Source: a virus
Length of the DNA: 64,000 nucleotides
Reading direction: 5' to 3' (one strand)
Virus record (IMG/VR): IMGVR_UViG_3300036782_000052
Location: 6,239-70,238 of that record
The notes below the pieces were generated by a model that worked only from the letters and a program-made list of their open reading frames with translations, made no database searches and was not told the origin of the DNA. The translations under genes and the position numbers were made by a program. Shown in pieces: positions 20,857 through 30,325 of this stretch. The stretch's first letter is position 1. Each line of letters begins with the position of its first letter.

Positions 20857-20886
20857 AGACCCCGGAGCGATCCGGGGTCTTTTTTG
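20857..20886 (+). terminator. rho-independent terminator of the late/lysis operon
   Basis: AGACCCCGGA-GCGA-TCCGGGGTCT followed by a T-run. Confidence 0.85.
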
Positions 20887-20914
20887 TGCCCAGCGCCTAG
20901 CCGATGCGGGCGGA

Positions 20915-21193
20915 TCAGTCGAGCGAGCCAGGAACGCCATCGCGGCCCTGGCGGCCGGCTCCTCGGATCGACGTTTGCCCGAAGATGCGCTCGGCCCACG
21001 CGCGCTGCTGGGCCTCGTCTGGCGGTGGGATCTCGATCAATCCCTCGGCGAAACGCCCGCCCTCCACCATCACACCGGCGACCATGGCGACAATGGGCTG
21101 CCCCCTATCGTCCTCGCCGGTCCACATCCTGACCATGACGTCGCCCGCCATGAAGAAGTGCTTGGTTGGCTCGATTGTCAACTTCATGCTCAC
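20915..21193 (-). CDS. hypothetical protein
   Basis: GAGGAG RBS, compact ORF. Confidence 0.55.
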   Translation of the reverse strand: MSMKLTIEPTKHFFMAGDVMVRMWTGEDDRGQPIVAMVAGVMVEGGRFAEGLIEIPPPDEAQQRAWAERIFGQTSIRGAGRQGRDGVPGSLD

Positions 21194-21220
21194 GCTCCTC
21201 GACGCACCGTAACATCCAGG

Positions 21221-21847
21221 TCACGACGCCTTGGCATCGCGAGTGGCCCGCGCATCGGCGAGCACCTTCTGTTCCAGCGTGTCGCGCGGCACGATGGTGC
21301 TGCCCTGCTGGTGCCATTTGCCATCCGCGCACAATGGCGGCGGAAACAGCACCACGGCTTTCGTGCTACTCCAGCGGATGATGGCGCCAACGCCATATTT
21401 CTCCGCCATCCGCACCAGATACGCCCGCAGCTCGTGCGCGTGATGCGCGTCGGGATAGGCCGGATCGACCCACACTTGCAGCACCGTCACGATGCGATCG
21501 GGACCGCCAGCGTTGTTGCGCATATTGACGTGATCGTATTCGAGGTCGATGACGTAATGGCATCGATCCGGCCGCGGCATCCCCTTGGTCTCGGCATCCG
21601 CCAGCCAGCGGCAGGACCACGAGCGGCAGCTGTTCGGCCGGTGGTCGTAGACCGTGCAGCCCTTGCCGGCCCGCGAATATCGGCAGCGCACGCCAGCCGC
21701 TTTGCTGAGCTGCGGCACCGGCACGAGCTTGCAACACAATCGGCAGTCCGAACAAGTGCGGCCGGTGCCGACGTTGTCGAATGTCAAGTGTGCGTTGCCT
21801 TCGGCATCTTCGCGGAACGTCATGCGGTCGCCGGCGAACTCGATCAT
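21221..21847 (-). CDS. YkgJ-like Cys-cluster (CxxCxxCC) protein
   Basis: CSDCRLCC...C...CTVY..RP.SCR.W.C.W. Confidence 0.7.
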   Translation of the reverse strand: MIEFAGDRMTFREDAEGNAHLTFDNVGTGRTCSDCRLCCKLVPVPQLSKAAGVRCRYSRAGKGCTVYDHRPNSCRSWSCRWLADAETKGMPRPDRCHYVIDLEYDHVNMRNNAGGPDRIVTVLQVWVDPAYPDAHHAHELRAYLVRMAEKYGVGAIIRWSSTKAVVLFPPPLCADGKWHQQGSTIVPRDTLEQKVLADARATRDAKAS

Positions 21848-22096
21848 TTTGCCCTATTCGTTTCAGGAGAGGCGAACGACCCGGTTCCTGGAAATATTGT
21901 AACTGGCACAACAATCAGTTTGCAGCCGCGAAATCTTGTGCGCAAGATGGCACCGCGAAGGCTCGGGGAGCGCAATAAAGGCCATGTCTACGCCGGTTGT
22001 CCGTCGGCAATCCGCCGACGCGTGGGTCGTTCTGTTCTTGGTTTTTGCTCTAAGCCATGACAATCATGTTACGCTCGATCCGACCGAGGCGACGCC

Positions 22097-22372
22097 ATGA
22101 GCGCGACCGAGCAGGGTGCCTATCTGGTCTGGAGTTTCGAGCACGAAGGCTGGTGCGACGGGCAACGCGGCTACACCAGACGTTTGACCGAGGCCAGGCG
22201 GTTCACGCGGATCGGCGCGATGCGGATCTGCCATGCCGCCGTCACTGCCGCCGCTCGCCGTCTTGGCATGTTGCCAGACCTGCCGGTGCGCTGGGATGAT
22301 GTCGAGGAGATCGCGCGCATCTATAGCGGGCGGCGTCATTCAGAGTGCCGGGGAGACGAGCCATGGATCTAA
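22097..22372 (+). CDS. hypothetical phage protein
   Basis: YLVWSFEH.GW...GYT...A.RF pattern, GAGG RBS. Confidence 0.55.
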   Translation: MSATEQGAYLVWSFEHEGWCDGQRGYTRRLTEARRFTRIGAMRICHAAVTAAARRLGMLPDLPVRWDDVEEIARIYSGRRHSECRGDEPWI

Positions 22373-22379
22373 ACGTGTC

Positions 22380-22595
22380 ATGAGCGAACAGTACCTGGGC
22401 GACGGCTTGTTCGTGTCATTCGACGGCTATGCCCTGAAGCTGCGCGCGCCGCGCCAAGATGGCGACCACGTCGTGTTCATCGAGCCGGCGATGTTCCAGG
22501 AGCTGGTGCGTTTTGCCGATCACGTCTGGAAGGGCCGAACTTGGTCCCAACCGCTGAAGGAACAGGCGGGTGCGGATGAGCCGCATCGTCCTTGA
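22380..22595 (+). CDS. hypothetical phage protein
   Basis: YLGDGLFVSFDGY motif. Confidence 0.55.
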   Translation: MSEQYLGDGLFVSFDGYALKLRAPRQDGDHVVFIEPAMFQELVRFADHVWKGRTWSQPLKEQAGADEPHRP

Positions 22596-22811
22596 AACGG
22601 CTCTGATCGTGGTCGTGGCGTTAAACGTGCTCCTCTCCTGTTGGCAGTGCTGGCGGATACGGACGTGGGGCCGGGTGAACCGGGCCATGAATGCGTCGTT
22701 GTGGATTGCGCTGCGCACCGGTTCGCCGCTGACGCAGATCGAGCTGGCGCGGTTTATGATCCACCAGCGCCAGCTCTCACCCATCACTTTCGTGCGGGTC
22801 GTCGAGGAGGA

Positions 22812-23051
22812 ATGACCGACGACGAACAGGCTGAATGGGACTTGCTCAAGATGGCTAACGCGAAGGGCAAGTTCGCTGTCGGGATTGGCGCCGACAATCA
22901 ACGGCTAGGCCAGGCGCTTGAGCGCTTGCTGGTCAGGCGGTGGGTGACGCTCATCGACGTCTCGCCGATCAAATTCGATCCGGGCCGTTTGTATCGTATC
23001 TTCCTAGCGACTGACGAAGCGATGATCTGGTTTCGCCGGTCAAGAAGTTGA
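22812..23051 (+). CDS. hypothetical protein
   Basis: GAGGAGG RBS, ATG 22812. Confidence 0.5.
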   Translation: MTDDEQAEWDLLKMANAKGKFAVGIGADNQRLGQALERLLVRRWVTLIDVSPIKFDPGRLYRIFLATDEAMIWFRRSRS

Positions 23052-23177
23052 CCAATCAAGTGTGTGCAAATTTTGCACGAACTGAGGGACTACCACAGTT
23101 TCGTTTCCGACCATCTTTGATAGAACACGTTGTTTGTGTTCTCATAGGCTGTGAAAAATAGTCGGGAGATATAAAAG

Positions 23178-23900
23178 GTGCGTGCTCATGATCAGACTAT
23201 CGTCGCGCTCGCGGTCAATCAGACACCGTACGCCGAAATTGCCCGCATCGTTCAAATGAGCTATCCAGGCGTCCATGCAGCGGCGCGGCGGCTCGATGAC
23301 AAGATTGCCCAGACGCGAGAATTGATAGCGAACGGTCATTCCACCAAAGCGGCGGTCGAGCAGATCATGGGACAATTGAATGGAGCCGCTGCGCCGCCTG
23401 CGCCCGTTGCCTCTGTTACGAAGCCTGCCGCCAACCCAGCAACGAACCCGCGTCCGGCGCCGCCTCCTGTCGAAGCTGAGCCGCCGCCCCCAGCCGCCGC
23501 GTCGCCCGCATCGCCGCGCATTACTTTCGCGGCTCCTGCAGAGCCTCAACCACGGATTTACGAAACGCCACGGCTTTACGATGGCCGCCGACTGCGGCAG
23601 CCGCCGCCAAAGCCCCCATCAACGGATTGGGCCGCCCAAGGCTGGAAGCGCTTTGCCAAAGCGATTGTGGACGACGACACCGAGATCACCGTGCTGGCCA
23701 AGGCCTACGATGCGGCAGAGGACTGCTTCATTTGGCGGCGCTTTGAGCCGTGTGTTTGGGTGGGGCGAGGTCTCGATGGGGTGCGGGCGGTGAGCCCGAC
23801 AGTGGATAAGGATGACGCGGGCCTGCTTGATTTGGGCTGGCATCCGGTGGCGTGGCGGCTGATGGATCCGGTTGAGCCGCCGCCGGACAACTGGCGTTGA
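23178..23900 (+). CDS. hypothetical protein, N-terminal HTH-like, Pro-rich linker
   Basis: YAEIARIV HTH-like segment; AT-rich upstream intergenic region. Confidence 0.5.
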   Translation: MRAHDQTIVALAVNQTPYAEIARIVQMSYPGVHAAARRLDDKIAQTRELIANGHSTKAAVEQIMGQLNGAAAPPAPVASVTKPAANPATNPRPAPPPVEAEPPPPAAASPASPRITFAAPAEPQPRIYETPRLYDGRRLRQPPPKPPSTDWAAQGWKRFAKAIVDDDTEITVLAKAYDAAEDCFIWRRFEPCVWVGRGLDGVRAVSPTVDKDDAGLLDLGWHPVAWRLMDPVEPPPDNWR

Positions 23901-23966
23901 TCTGCGTGGGGCTGGTCGGCACCGGGCTGATTTTGCTGGCCTTGGCCGCACTGCTTTGGCGCAGTC

Positions 23967-24587
23967 TCACACGGTAAAAACCGCCTGGTCTTCGCCCTCA
24001 TGGGCGATGGTCACGCGGACGGCGGGCTGGACGCGAAAGCCGGGATAGTTGCTCGGAACGGCAGCGAAGACCAAGCTCGCCGTGCAGCACTCGGGCAGAC
24101 TGCCGATGTCGGAGCCGATCACCGCGGCGACCACCCGAGCCGCCAGGTGCAGCATGTCCTCGACGGTCACTTTCAGGTAGCCGGCGATCGGCTCCCTGGC
24201 GTCGCCGAGCGCACCCGTGAAGATGGCATGCTCGGTCGCCCATTCGAGTTCGAAGGACGGCGGATAGAAACTGATCGATTGGACCAGCCCATCACTGCAG
24301 CAAACGGTGGCGCGTTTGACGCCCCGGGCCAGGGCGAAAGCCCCCAGCAGCAACGTCGCACGGCGAAGCGCGATCTCGCTGTATGCCCACCGCGAGCCGG
24401 CCAGCCGCGTCTTCCTTCCGTGCAGGCTGTCGTCCAGCATCCACCAGATCGCCCGGATGCTGCTGCCCTCGGTCCGTAGCGTCGCTGAGATGGGCGAGGC
24501 CATCAGCAACGCCACCATGCGGCCGATCTCCTCGATCGGGATAAGGTGCCAGCCGGTATCGCTCGGCGGAGAGACTGGCTCAGTCAT
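23967..24587 (-). CDS. hypothetical protein
   Basis: long ORF with globular composition. Confidence 0.45.
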   Translation of the reverse strand: MTEPVSPPSDTGWHLIPIEEIGRMVALLMASPISATLRTEGSSIRAIWWMLDDSLHGRKTRLAGSRWAYSEIALRRATLLLGAFALARGVKRATVCCSDGLVQSISFYPPSFELEWATEHAIFTGALGDAREPIAGYLKVTVEDMLHLAARVVAAVIGSDIGSLPECCTASLVFAAVPSNYPGFRVQPAVRVTIAHEGEDQAVFTV

Positions 24588-24725
24588 GTGGGGCGACCCG
24601 ACCAAATATTTAGGAGAACAGCCCAAAGCCGAATAGCCAGCAGACGCCGATCGCGGCGCCACCAAAGAAGATCGCGCCAACAATTCGCCACGTCGTCTGT
24701 TTCATGCTCTCACCCATCGTCACGG

Positions 24726-25130
24726 TCATGCCGCGACCTCACCCACGGCGCCGATCGGCTGGCGCAGGTGGATTTTGAAGTCCGGCTCATCAACCCAGGT
24801 CTCGCAGTGCGCGCCGCGGACGAAGCCGACCGCCTGCGCCACCTGCCAAACCGCTTCCTCGGTCGGGATAACCTGGCCGATGACCGCGGCGGCCAGGTGA
24901 CGACAAGGCCCGCGAGGATGCCCGGTTTCGATCAGGAAGATGACGCGAAACTGGTAATAGCTCCATTTGACGATCGTCGATTGGTTGTTCAGGCGGTCGG
25001 CAAGCCACGCGCGGCCATGCTTGGTCAACATCCGCAGCGCGTTCTGCTGGATATCGATTGGGTGTTGGCAGGCGACCAGGCGAAGGTCATCGAGCGTGTC
25101 GCGGATGCAGTCGGGTAAGAAGTTGTCCAT
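24726..25130 (-). CDS. hypothetical protein
   Basis: GAGGGGGGAG RBS before ATG 25130. Confidence 0.5.
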   Translation of the reverse strand: MDNFLPDCIRDTLDDLRLVACQHPIDIQQNALRMLTKHGRAWLADRLNNQSTIVKWSYYQFRVIFLIETGHPRGPCRHLAAAVIGQVIPTEEAVWQVAQAVGFVRGAHCETWVDEPDFKIHLRQPIGAVGEVAA

Positions 25131-25147
25131 CAGCTCCCCCCTCTTCG

Positions 25148-26014
25148 TCAATCTGGCAACCATGCCGCCCGATTCGGTGGGCGGCAGAACTCAAGGTGAA
25201 CGACCTTGTTCTGCATGGTCATGGCGATCGCCGTGGCGGTTTCGTCGGGCTGCCGATTCGACCAAGCTAGCGAATCGAATCGAGTCGCCGCCGGAGTCCC
25301 ATCATCCCCATAGAGAACAAAAGCGAACTTGTGGTTAAATCCAGTCAGCACGCCCTCCTCGATCTTGCCGCCAGGAAGGTCGCGATAGATCACGCGGCGG
25401 CCGAGGTCGGCCGAGGTCGGATGGATCATTTGTGAAATTCCCCCAACATTACCAGAACGCACGGCTTCTTGGCGAGCCAATTCGGCGATCTGTTCGGCGG
25501 GTGTCCTTACCGGAGGTTGTGGGTTTAGGCGAGGCCCACTCCGGGCGGGCAATTCCAAACTGTCTATGAACCCCAAGTTCTGATTTTCTTTAGCTTTCTT
25601 CCCTTCCTTATGGGACGACAGTTTGGATGAAGAAGATTGCTCACGAGGAGGTTGCCGATCTGCCACGGTCTCCGGGAACAGCAGCACGTAGGCGTTGGCC
25701 GTCTGACCGAACAGATTGCGGCGTTGGATAACTTGGAGGAAACCGACCTCTTTGAAACTGTCGAGCCAGCGTTGCACCGTCCTGGGCTCGCAGTCGGCGC
25801 GTTTCGCGATACTTTCCATCGTCGGATACAAGGCGCCATCGATCCCCATGAAACTCACCAGGGAATCGGCCACTTGTCGGGCCTTGGCATTCGAGCGCGG
25901 CCAGTAGGCTCCGATCCGCTCTACCCAGCGGATTTGTTGCTCAATGCTGACGTCCTGCGACGGGGCCGGACCGCTTTGGCTCCCCTTGTGGTAGGGGCGG
26001 CGTTTTATACTCAT
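25148..26014 (-). CDS. winged-HTH replication-protein-like
   Basis: LYPTMESIAKRADCEPRTVQRWL..F...GFL...RR....QTANAY. Confidence 0.65.
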   Translation of the reverse strand: MSIKRRPYHKGSQSGPAPSQDVSIEQQIRWVERIGAYWPRSNAKARQVADSLVSFMGIDGALYPTMESIAKRADCEPRTVQRWLDSFKEVGFLQVIQRRNLFGQTANAYVLLFPETVADRQPPREQSSSSKLSSHKEGKKAKENQNLGFIDSLELPARSGPRLNPQPPVRTPAEQIAELARQEAVRSGNVGGISQMIHPTSADLGRRVIYRDLPGGKIEEGVLTGFNHKFAFVLYGDDGTPAATRFDSLAWSNRQPDETATAIAMTMQNKVVHLEFCRPPNRAAWLPD

Positions 26015-26314
26015 TTCCTCGGCTCCAAAAAGAGCCGGACGGATCCCTTGGGCACAAATTCGCTACATCAAGTTTTTTCCACTTGATCGAGCGGCTGATT
26101 CGGGGCACATGGGAGGGAGTTTCAGTCCTCTCATGTGCCGTCGGTGTGGTTCCCAAATACGTCCGTGGCTGGACGGGGGATCGCTCCGGCGGTTTCTACA
26201 TTCAAGCTCCTTTTGCGACGCCCGGCCGAATCCGGCGGGCGGCTCAACAACCTTGACAAGAAAACTGTTTGTTATAACCCGAGTCAAGCAATTGTATTCG
26301 GGGGCGAAGCTTCG

Positions 26315-27145
26315 GTGTCGGAAGCGATCAATCGCGTGCATGAGCAATGCGTGTGTGAAACCGAACTGGCACAGCGGCTGCGGGCGGCAAATCGGCTTGA
26401 GCGGAGGCCGATGTATGGCGAGATCGCCGATGAATACACCCGCCGATTTCCCGAACATCTGCCGAAGGACAGCGCGCGGAAAGTGCGGACGGCCGGGTTC
26501 GAGCGGCGTTTCCTAGCCCGGTTTCTGGCGCCGACGATGACCGTCGCCGAGATCGGCCCGGGGCGCTGTCATTTGGCCTTTTCGTTGGCGCCGCTGGTCG
26601 GGCATATCTATGGCATCGATGTCGCCAGCGGCTACGTCGACAAGGACAGGGCGCCAGCCAATTTCGACCTGATGTTGACCGATGGCATTCATCTGCCACC
26701 GCCCACCGCGAGTGTCGATCTGGTCATCAGCAATCAGCTCATGGAGCATTTGCATCCGGAGGACGCGATCGAGCAGCTGCACGAAATCCATCGCATCTTG
26801 AAACCCGGTGGCGGCTACGTCTGCGTTACCCCGAGTTGCATCAACGGCCCGCATGATTGCTCGGCCTATTTCGATGATCTCCCGTGCCCGATCCGTGGCA
26901 AAAACTATGCGGCGACTGGGCTGCATCTGAAGGAGTACACCACCCGCGAGATCGTCCAGGTGTTTCTCGATGTCGGATTTCGCGAGGTGCAAACCTGGAT
27001 TGGCGCGCGAGGCTACTATGTCTCGGTGCCGACGGCGCTCTTGAACCTGATCGAAGCTGGCGCGCAACTGGCCCCCGCCGAGCTGCGCAAACGCTCACCC
27101 CTGCTGGGGACGATCGTGGGCAACCGCCTCTATGCGGTGAAGTAG
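26315..27145 (+). CDS. class I SAM-dependent methyltransferase
   Basis: EIGPG, GIDV, DLVISNQLMEHLH, HRILKPGG; start uncertain (ORF open from 26135). Confidence 0.8.
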   Translation: MSEAINRVHEQCVCETELAQRLRAANRLERRPMYGEIADEYTRRFPEHLPKDSARKVRTAGFERRFLARFLAPTMTVAEIGPGRCHLAFSLAPLVGHIYGIDVASGYVDKDRAPANFDLMLTDGIHLPPPTASVDLVISNQLMEHLHPEDAIEQLHEIHRILKPGGGYVCVTPSCINGPHDCSAYFDDLPCPIRGKNYAATGLHLKEYTTREIVQVFLDVGFREVQTWIGARGYYVSVPTALLNLIEAGAQLAPAELRKRSPLLGTIVGNRLYAVK

Positions 27146-27432
27146 ACTGCCGTCCTCGCGGAGTTCGGCGAGCATGTTCTCGCGCGTGGCCGCGGCATCG
27201 GGGTGGCTCAGTTGCGCCAGGGTTTCGGCGCAGCCCGCGTAGAACGCCCAGCGCGCGATAGTCATGGCGCATCGTGGCATGCCCGCCATCCGCAGGGCCT
27301 GCTCCAGCGGCGCCCAAGACGAGGCGATCGTGCGAACAAATAGCATTTCCGTCCCCCTATTGAAAAAACAAACTAATTGTTCTCAAACTCGGCGCGGTAC
27401 TACCGAGCGTAAACCAGCCGGGATGGTTCGCC

Positions 27433-27906
27433 ATGAAAAACCGAGACAATGTCCGCTCGATCCGCGGGCTTGACGCAGAGACCTGGGAAATGGCCGGAAA
27501 CTGTGCCGGTCGCGCCGACGAGACGCTAGCCGCGTGGCTGAAACGTGCCATCGAGCAGCTGGCTGCGGGAGAGGCGTCCGGCCCACGGTTTGTACTACCG
27601 GGTAAACCGGAACCAAACGTGAAACAGGTCGGGATGGACATCCACGATGTTGGGGTGCTGTTGCAGTCGATGAGCGCTTTCGTTGTGGCCACCCAGACGC
27701 GACCCAAGAAGCTGGTGCTCAACAGAGCGCATCGCTTGTTTGATGCCTGCGTGCGATCGGGCCTCGGCATGCGCCCACCCGCCAGGTCTCCAGGCTTCGA
27801 TGTACTACGCGATGTACTACCTGAGCCGAAAAACGTACTACACGATGACATTTCAATAGCTTCCGAAGAGGGCGACGGCACCCGCGAGGAGGATGCCGTC
27901 GCCTAA
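27433..27906 (+). CDS. putative ribbon-helix-helix DNA-binding protein
   Basis: SIRGLD.ETW..A...A....TLAAWL.RAI. Confidence 0.5.
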   Translation: MKNRDNVRSIRGLDAETWEMAGNCAGRADETLAAWLKRAIEQLAAGEASGPRFVLPGKPEPNVKQVGMDIHDVGVLLQSMSAFVVATQTRPKKLVLNRAHRLFDACVRSGLGMRPPARSPGFDVLRDVLPEPKNVLHDDISIASEEGDGTREEDAVA

Positions 27907-27910
27907 GCTT

Positions 27911-28946
27911 CGTGACCGTCCTGCCGAGCCCGACCGCGCCCAGTCCGGCGCTGCCTTCACGAGCCGCACCTGGACCGCCACGCCATCCCTGGCCTTGCCG
28001 AGCCCTGGCGTTGCGCGCCGTGACCGCCACGCCTCGCCGAGCCAAATCCAGCCTAGCATCGACATGCCAGTCCTCGACCGCCGGGCCGGACCGGGCCACG
28101 CCGTGACCGGCCGCGCCCCGCCATGCCTCCACCGTCGCCAGTGGCGGCCTCGACCGCCAAGCCCGGCAGTGCCGTGCCAGCCCGCGCCATGCCCAGCCGC
28201 GCCTTGCGCTCGCCAATCCTCGACCGCCAGGCCCAGCCTCGCACTGGCTTGCCGTGACCGGCCGCGCCATGCCGGTCCTCGCCCCGCCAGTCCGAACCGC
28301 GACCGCCGCGCCAGGCCGTTGCCAAGGACGAGCCGGACCACGCCTAGCCGTGCCAAGCCAAACCTCGACCGCCCCGCGCCGCCTGCCCAAGCCTCGCCAA
28401 GCCTCGAAACTCCGCGCACAACGATGCCTCGACCGCCTGGCCTAGACCTGCCTCGGCAGGCCTCGCCATACGCCGCCCCGACCGCCTTTCCATGACCCAG
28501 CCCACCCATAAGCTCTCGCTTCCGGATGGACGATTTGCGCCCTATTGCAAGCCAAGCCCCGCCTCGCCTTACCGGGCAATCGCATGCCAGTCCTCGACCG
28601 CCATGCCTCGCCAATCCTCCCCAGGACTGGACGCGCCGGGCCTGCCTTGACCGCCAAGCCCCGCCCTGACATGCCCAGCGAACGCCGCGCCGGACCCCGC
28701 CAAGCCACCCCAAGCCGCGACCGCCAAGGCCACACGTCGCCGCGCCAGGCCGAGCCCTGCCTTTGCTCGACCCGCCATGGCATTCCGTGACCGCCAGGCC
28801 TCGCCCCGCCATCACCGGACAGGCCGCGCCCGGCCGCGCCTTGCCGTGCCGCGACCGCCATGCCGTGCCACGCCGAACCTCGCCGCGCCGGGGGCCGCCC
28901 GGCCTAGCCAGTTCCTCGACCGCCTTTCCATGACCCAGCCCACCCA
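27911..28946 (-). repeat. non-coding array of NN-GGY pentamer tracts separated by GGCGGTC (candidate guide-RNA array)
   Basis: + strand GACCGCC at 27973, 28022, 28076, 28152, 28222, 28301, 28367, 28431, 28480, 28596, 28649, 28719, 28789, 28853, 28918, with RCC recurring every 5 nt between them; starts at the stop codon of 28947..29423. Confidence 0.85.
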
Positions 28947-29423
28947 TCAAGCTCTCGCTTCCGGATGGACGATGTGTTCCAGGAACAGTGACACGTCTGC
29001 CTGGATCGTTTCGACTTGCCCACTCAAGCCAAGCACGGCGGCAACGGCTTGGGCTCGACGTAAGGCCGCAACAACAAGACGAAATTCCTGAACACACGCA
29101 TCCCGAGCGCGGTCGACATCGGTCCGCAGTGTTCCAGTCGAGACATAGCCAGCTTCTTTGGCGGGCTGGACAGGATCTCGAATGTAGGCTGGCGCTTTCA
29201 GTGTATATTTGGTCGTTATGACTTCAAGCCTGACGCTGGCGATGAGTGTGCGGGCTTGATCCAGCAGGCGTTCTTGCGCGGCCTTTCTGGTGTTCCACGT
29301 GAAGAACGAATGCAAAACCGAGTTGGGCGGTCTTGCCTCGTCGACGACCTCCTGTGGCGTGAGGCGGCCGCGGTTTCGGGCCGCGATCGCAGCAAGCGCG
29401 GCCTCGACATCTGGACGCGCCAT
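28947..29423 (-). CDS. small helical protein coupled to the RAMP-like gene
   Basis: LTPQEVVDEAR...LHSFFTW...AA....QAR.LI; TGATG overlap with the upstream gene. Confidence 0.75.
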   Translation of the reverse strand: MARPDVEAALAAIAARNRGRLTPQEVVDEARPPNSVLHSFFTWNTRKAAQERLLDQARTLIASVRLEVITTKYTLKAPAYIRDPVQPAKEAGYVSTGTLRTDVDRARDACVQEFRLVVAALRRAQAVAAVLGLSGQVETIQADVSLFLEHIVHPEARA

Positions 29424-30325
29424 CAGGCGTGGGCTCCCCGACCATTGCTCCGCCGCTTTTTGGTGGTGGCGGCCGTGGCGAATGCAACGGTGTCGGTGGG
29501 GTCGTCCGGCGCCGTGTCCGCGCCGGGGAATTCGATGGGACGGTCGCTCTTCTTGCCGCCGCGTCCCCGCCGCACGATCTCCGCAAGATACCAGTCCAGC
29601 AGTTCTTGCGTGTCCTGGTCATAACATTGGTATGTCTCCAATGCTGAGTCCTGAGCGACGCGACCCTCACTCTGGATGTCCAGATACTCAGGATCGTCCG
29701 GCTCGCAGATGCGCCAAAGTCCGTGCGAGCCGCTGCCTTTCTCTTGTCGCCAGTCCCCCACGCCCGAGGTGATGCCGCCGGCGGCAAAGAGATTGAAGAT
29801 GCTCGTTGCGTTCAACTTCGGCTGCACGAAGTTGACGCTCACCTTGCACGCCCAGCGCGGCAGGATGGCGCGGGTCCGGATATCAGGCGTTCGGGCAATA
29901 TCGGCGGAACGAACCACCGCCATCAGGAGTTGCGGCGTTCCGAAAACGTCGAAGTTCCCATGCGGGATCGACACCAGCCGGCCGATCGCCGATTTGGTTG
30001 CGCCGGGCAAATCCAACGCCGCCGTCTGCATCGCCCCCTTGAACGCCGCCGAGGGGATCTTGAGTCGCGTGGCGACCTTGGGGCCGAAGTTCTTGTAGAC
30101 GCTGTCGCGGTATTCCTGCGGCGGATCGTGTTTGAGGGTTGCCGCCTTCTCCGCGTCGTTCTTGCGCCCGCTGGGCAGCAGCAGCGTTCGCTTGGCCTTT
30201 TCCGCCATGCGGTTCTCAATCATTGGCGTTGTGCCAACGAGGTAGAAATCGACCGTGCCGACATAGATCGGCAGAATAGCGATTTCCTTTGAGACTTCTT
30301 TCTTTGAAGCGAGTGCCATTGTCAT
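29423..30325 (-). CDS. stand-alone Cas7/RAMP-like RNA-binding protein
   Basis: N-terminal LVGTTPMI, IPSAAFKGAM, C-terminal Gly-rich loop GVGDWRQEKGSGSHGLW, in RAMP order. Confidence 0.75.
   Translation of the reverse strand: MTMALASKKEVSKEIAILPIYVGTVDFYLVGTTPMIENRMAEKAKRTLLLPSGRKNDAEKAATLKHDPPQEYRDSVYKNFGPKVATRLKIPSAAFKGAMQTAALDLPGATKSAIGRLVSIPHGNFDVFGTPQLLMAVVRSADIARTPDIRTRAILPRWACKVSVNFVQPKLNATSIFNLFAAGGITSGVGDWRQEKGSGSHGLWRICEPDDPEYLDIQSEGRVAQDSALETYQCYDQDTQELLDWYLAEIVRRGRGGKKSDRPIEFPGADTAPDDPTDTVAFATAATTKKRRSNGRGAHA

Noticed and set aside
26253-26288. Promoter TTGACA...TATAAC
   Set aside because: The spacer is only 14 nt
27911-28946. Canonical CRISPR array
   Set aside because: The constant part is only 7 nt, the intervening sequence is itself periodic, and there is no cas1/cas2
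27911-28946. Self-targets of array units within the window
   Set aside because: A by-eye comparison of two decoded units with the ORF translations found nothing; a real gapped search could not be run
27719-29097. Long Arg/Gly/Ala/Pro-rich ORFs on both strands over the pentamer array
   Set aside because: They arise from stop-poor GC repeats; 5-nt periodicity and lack of RBS argue against protein coding
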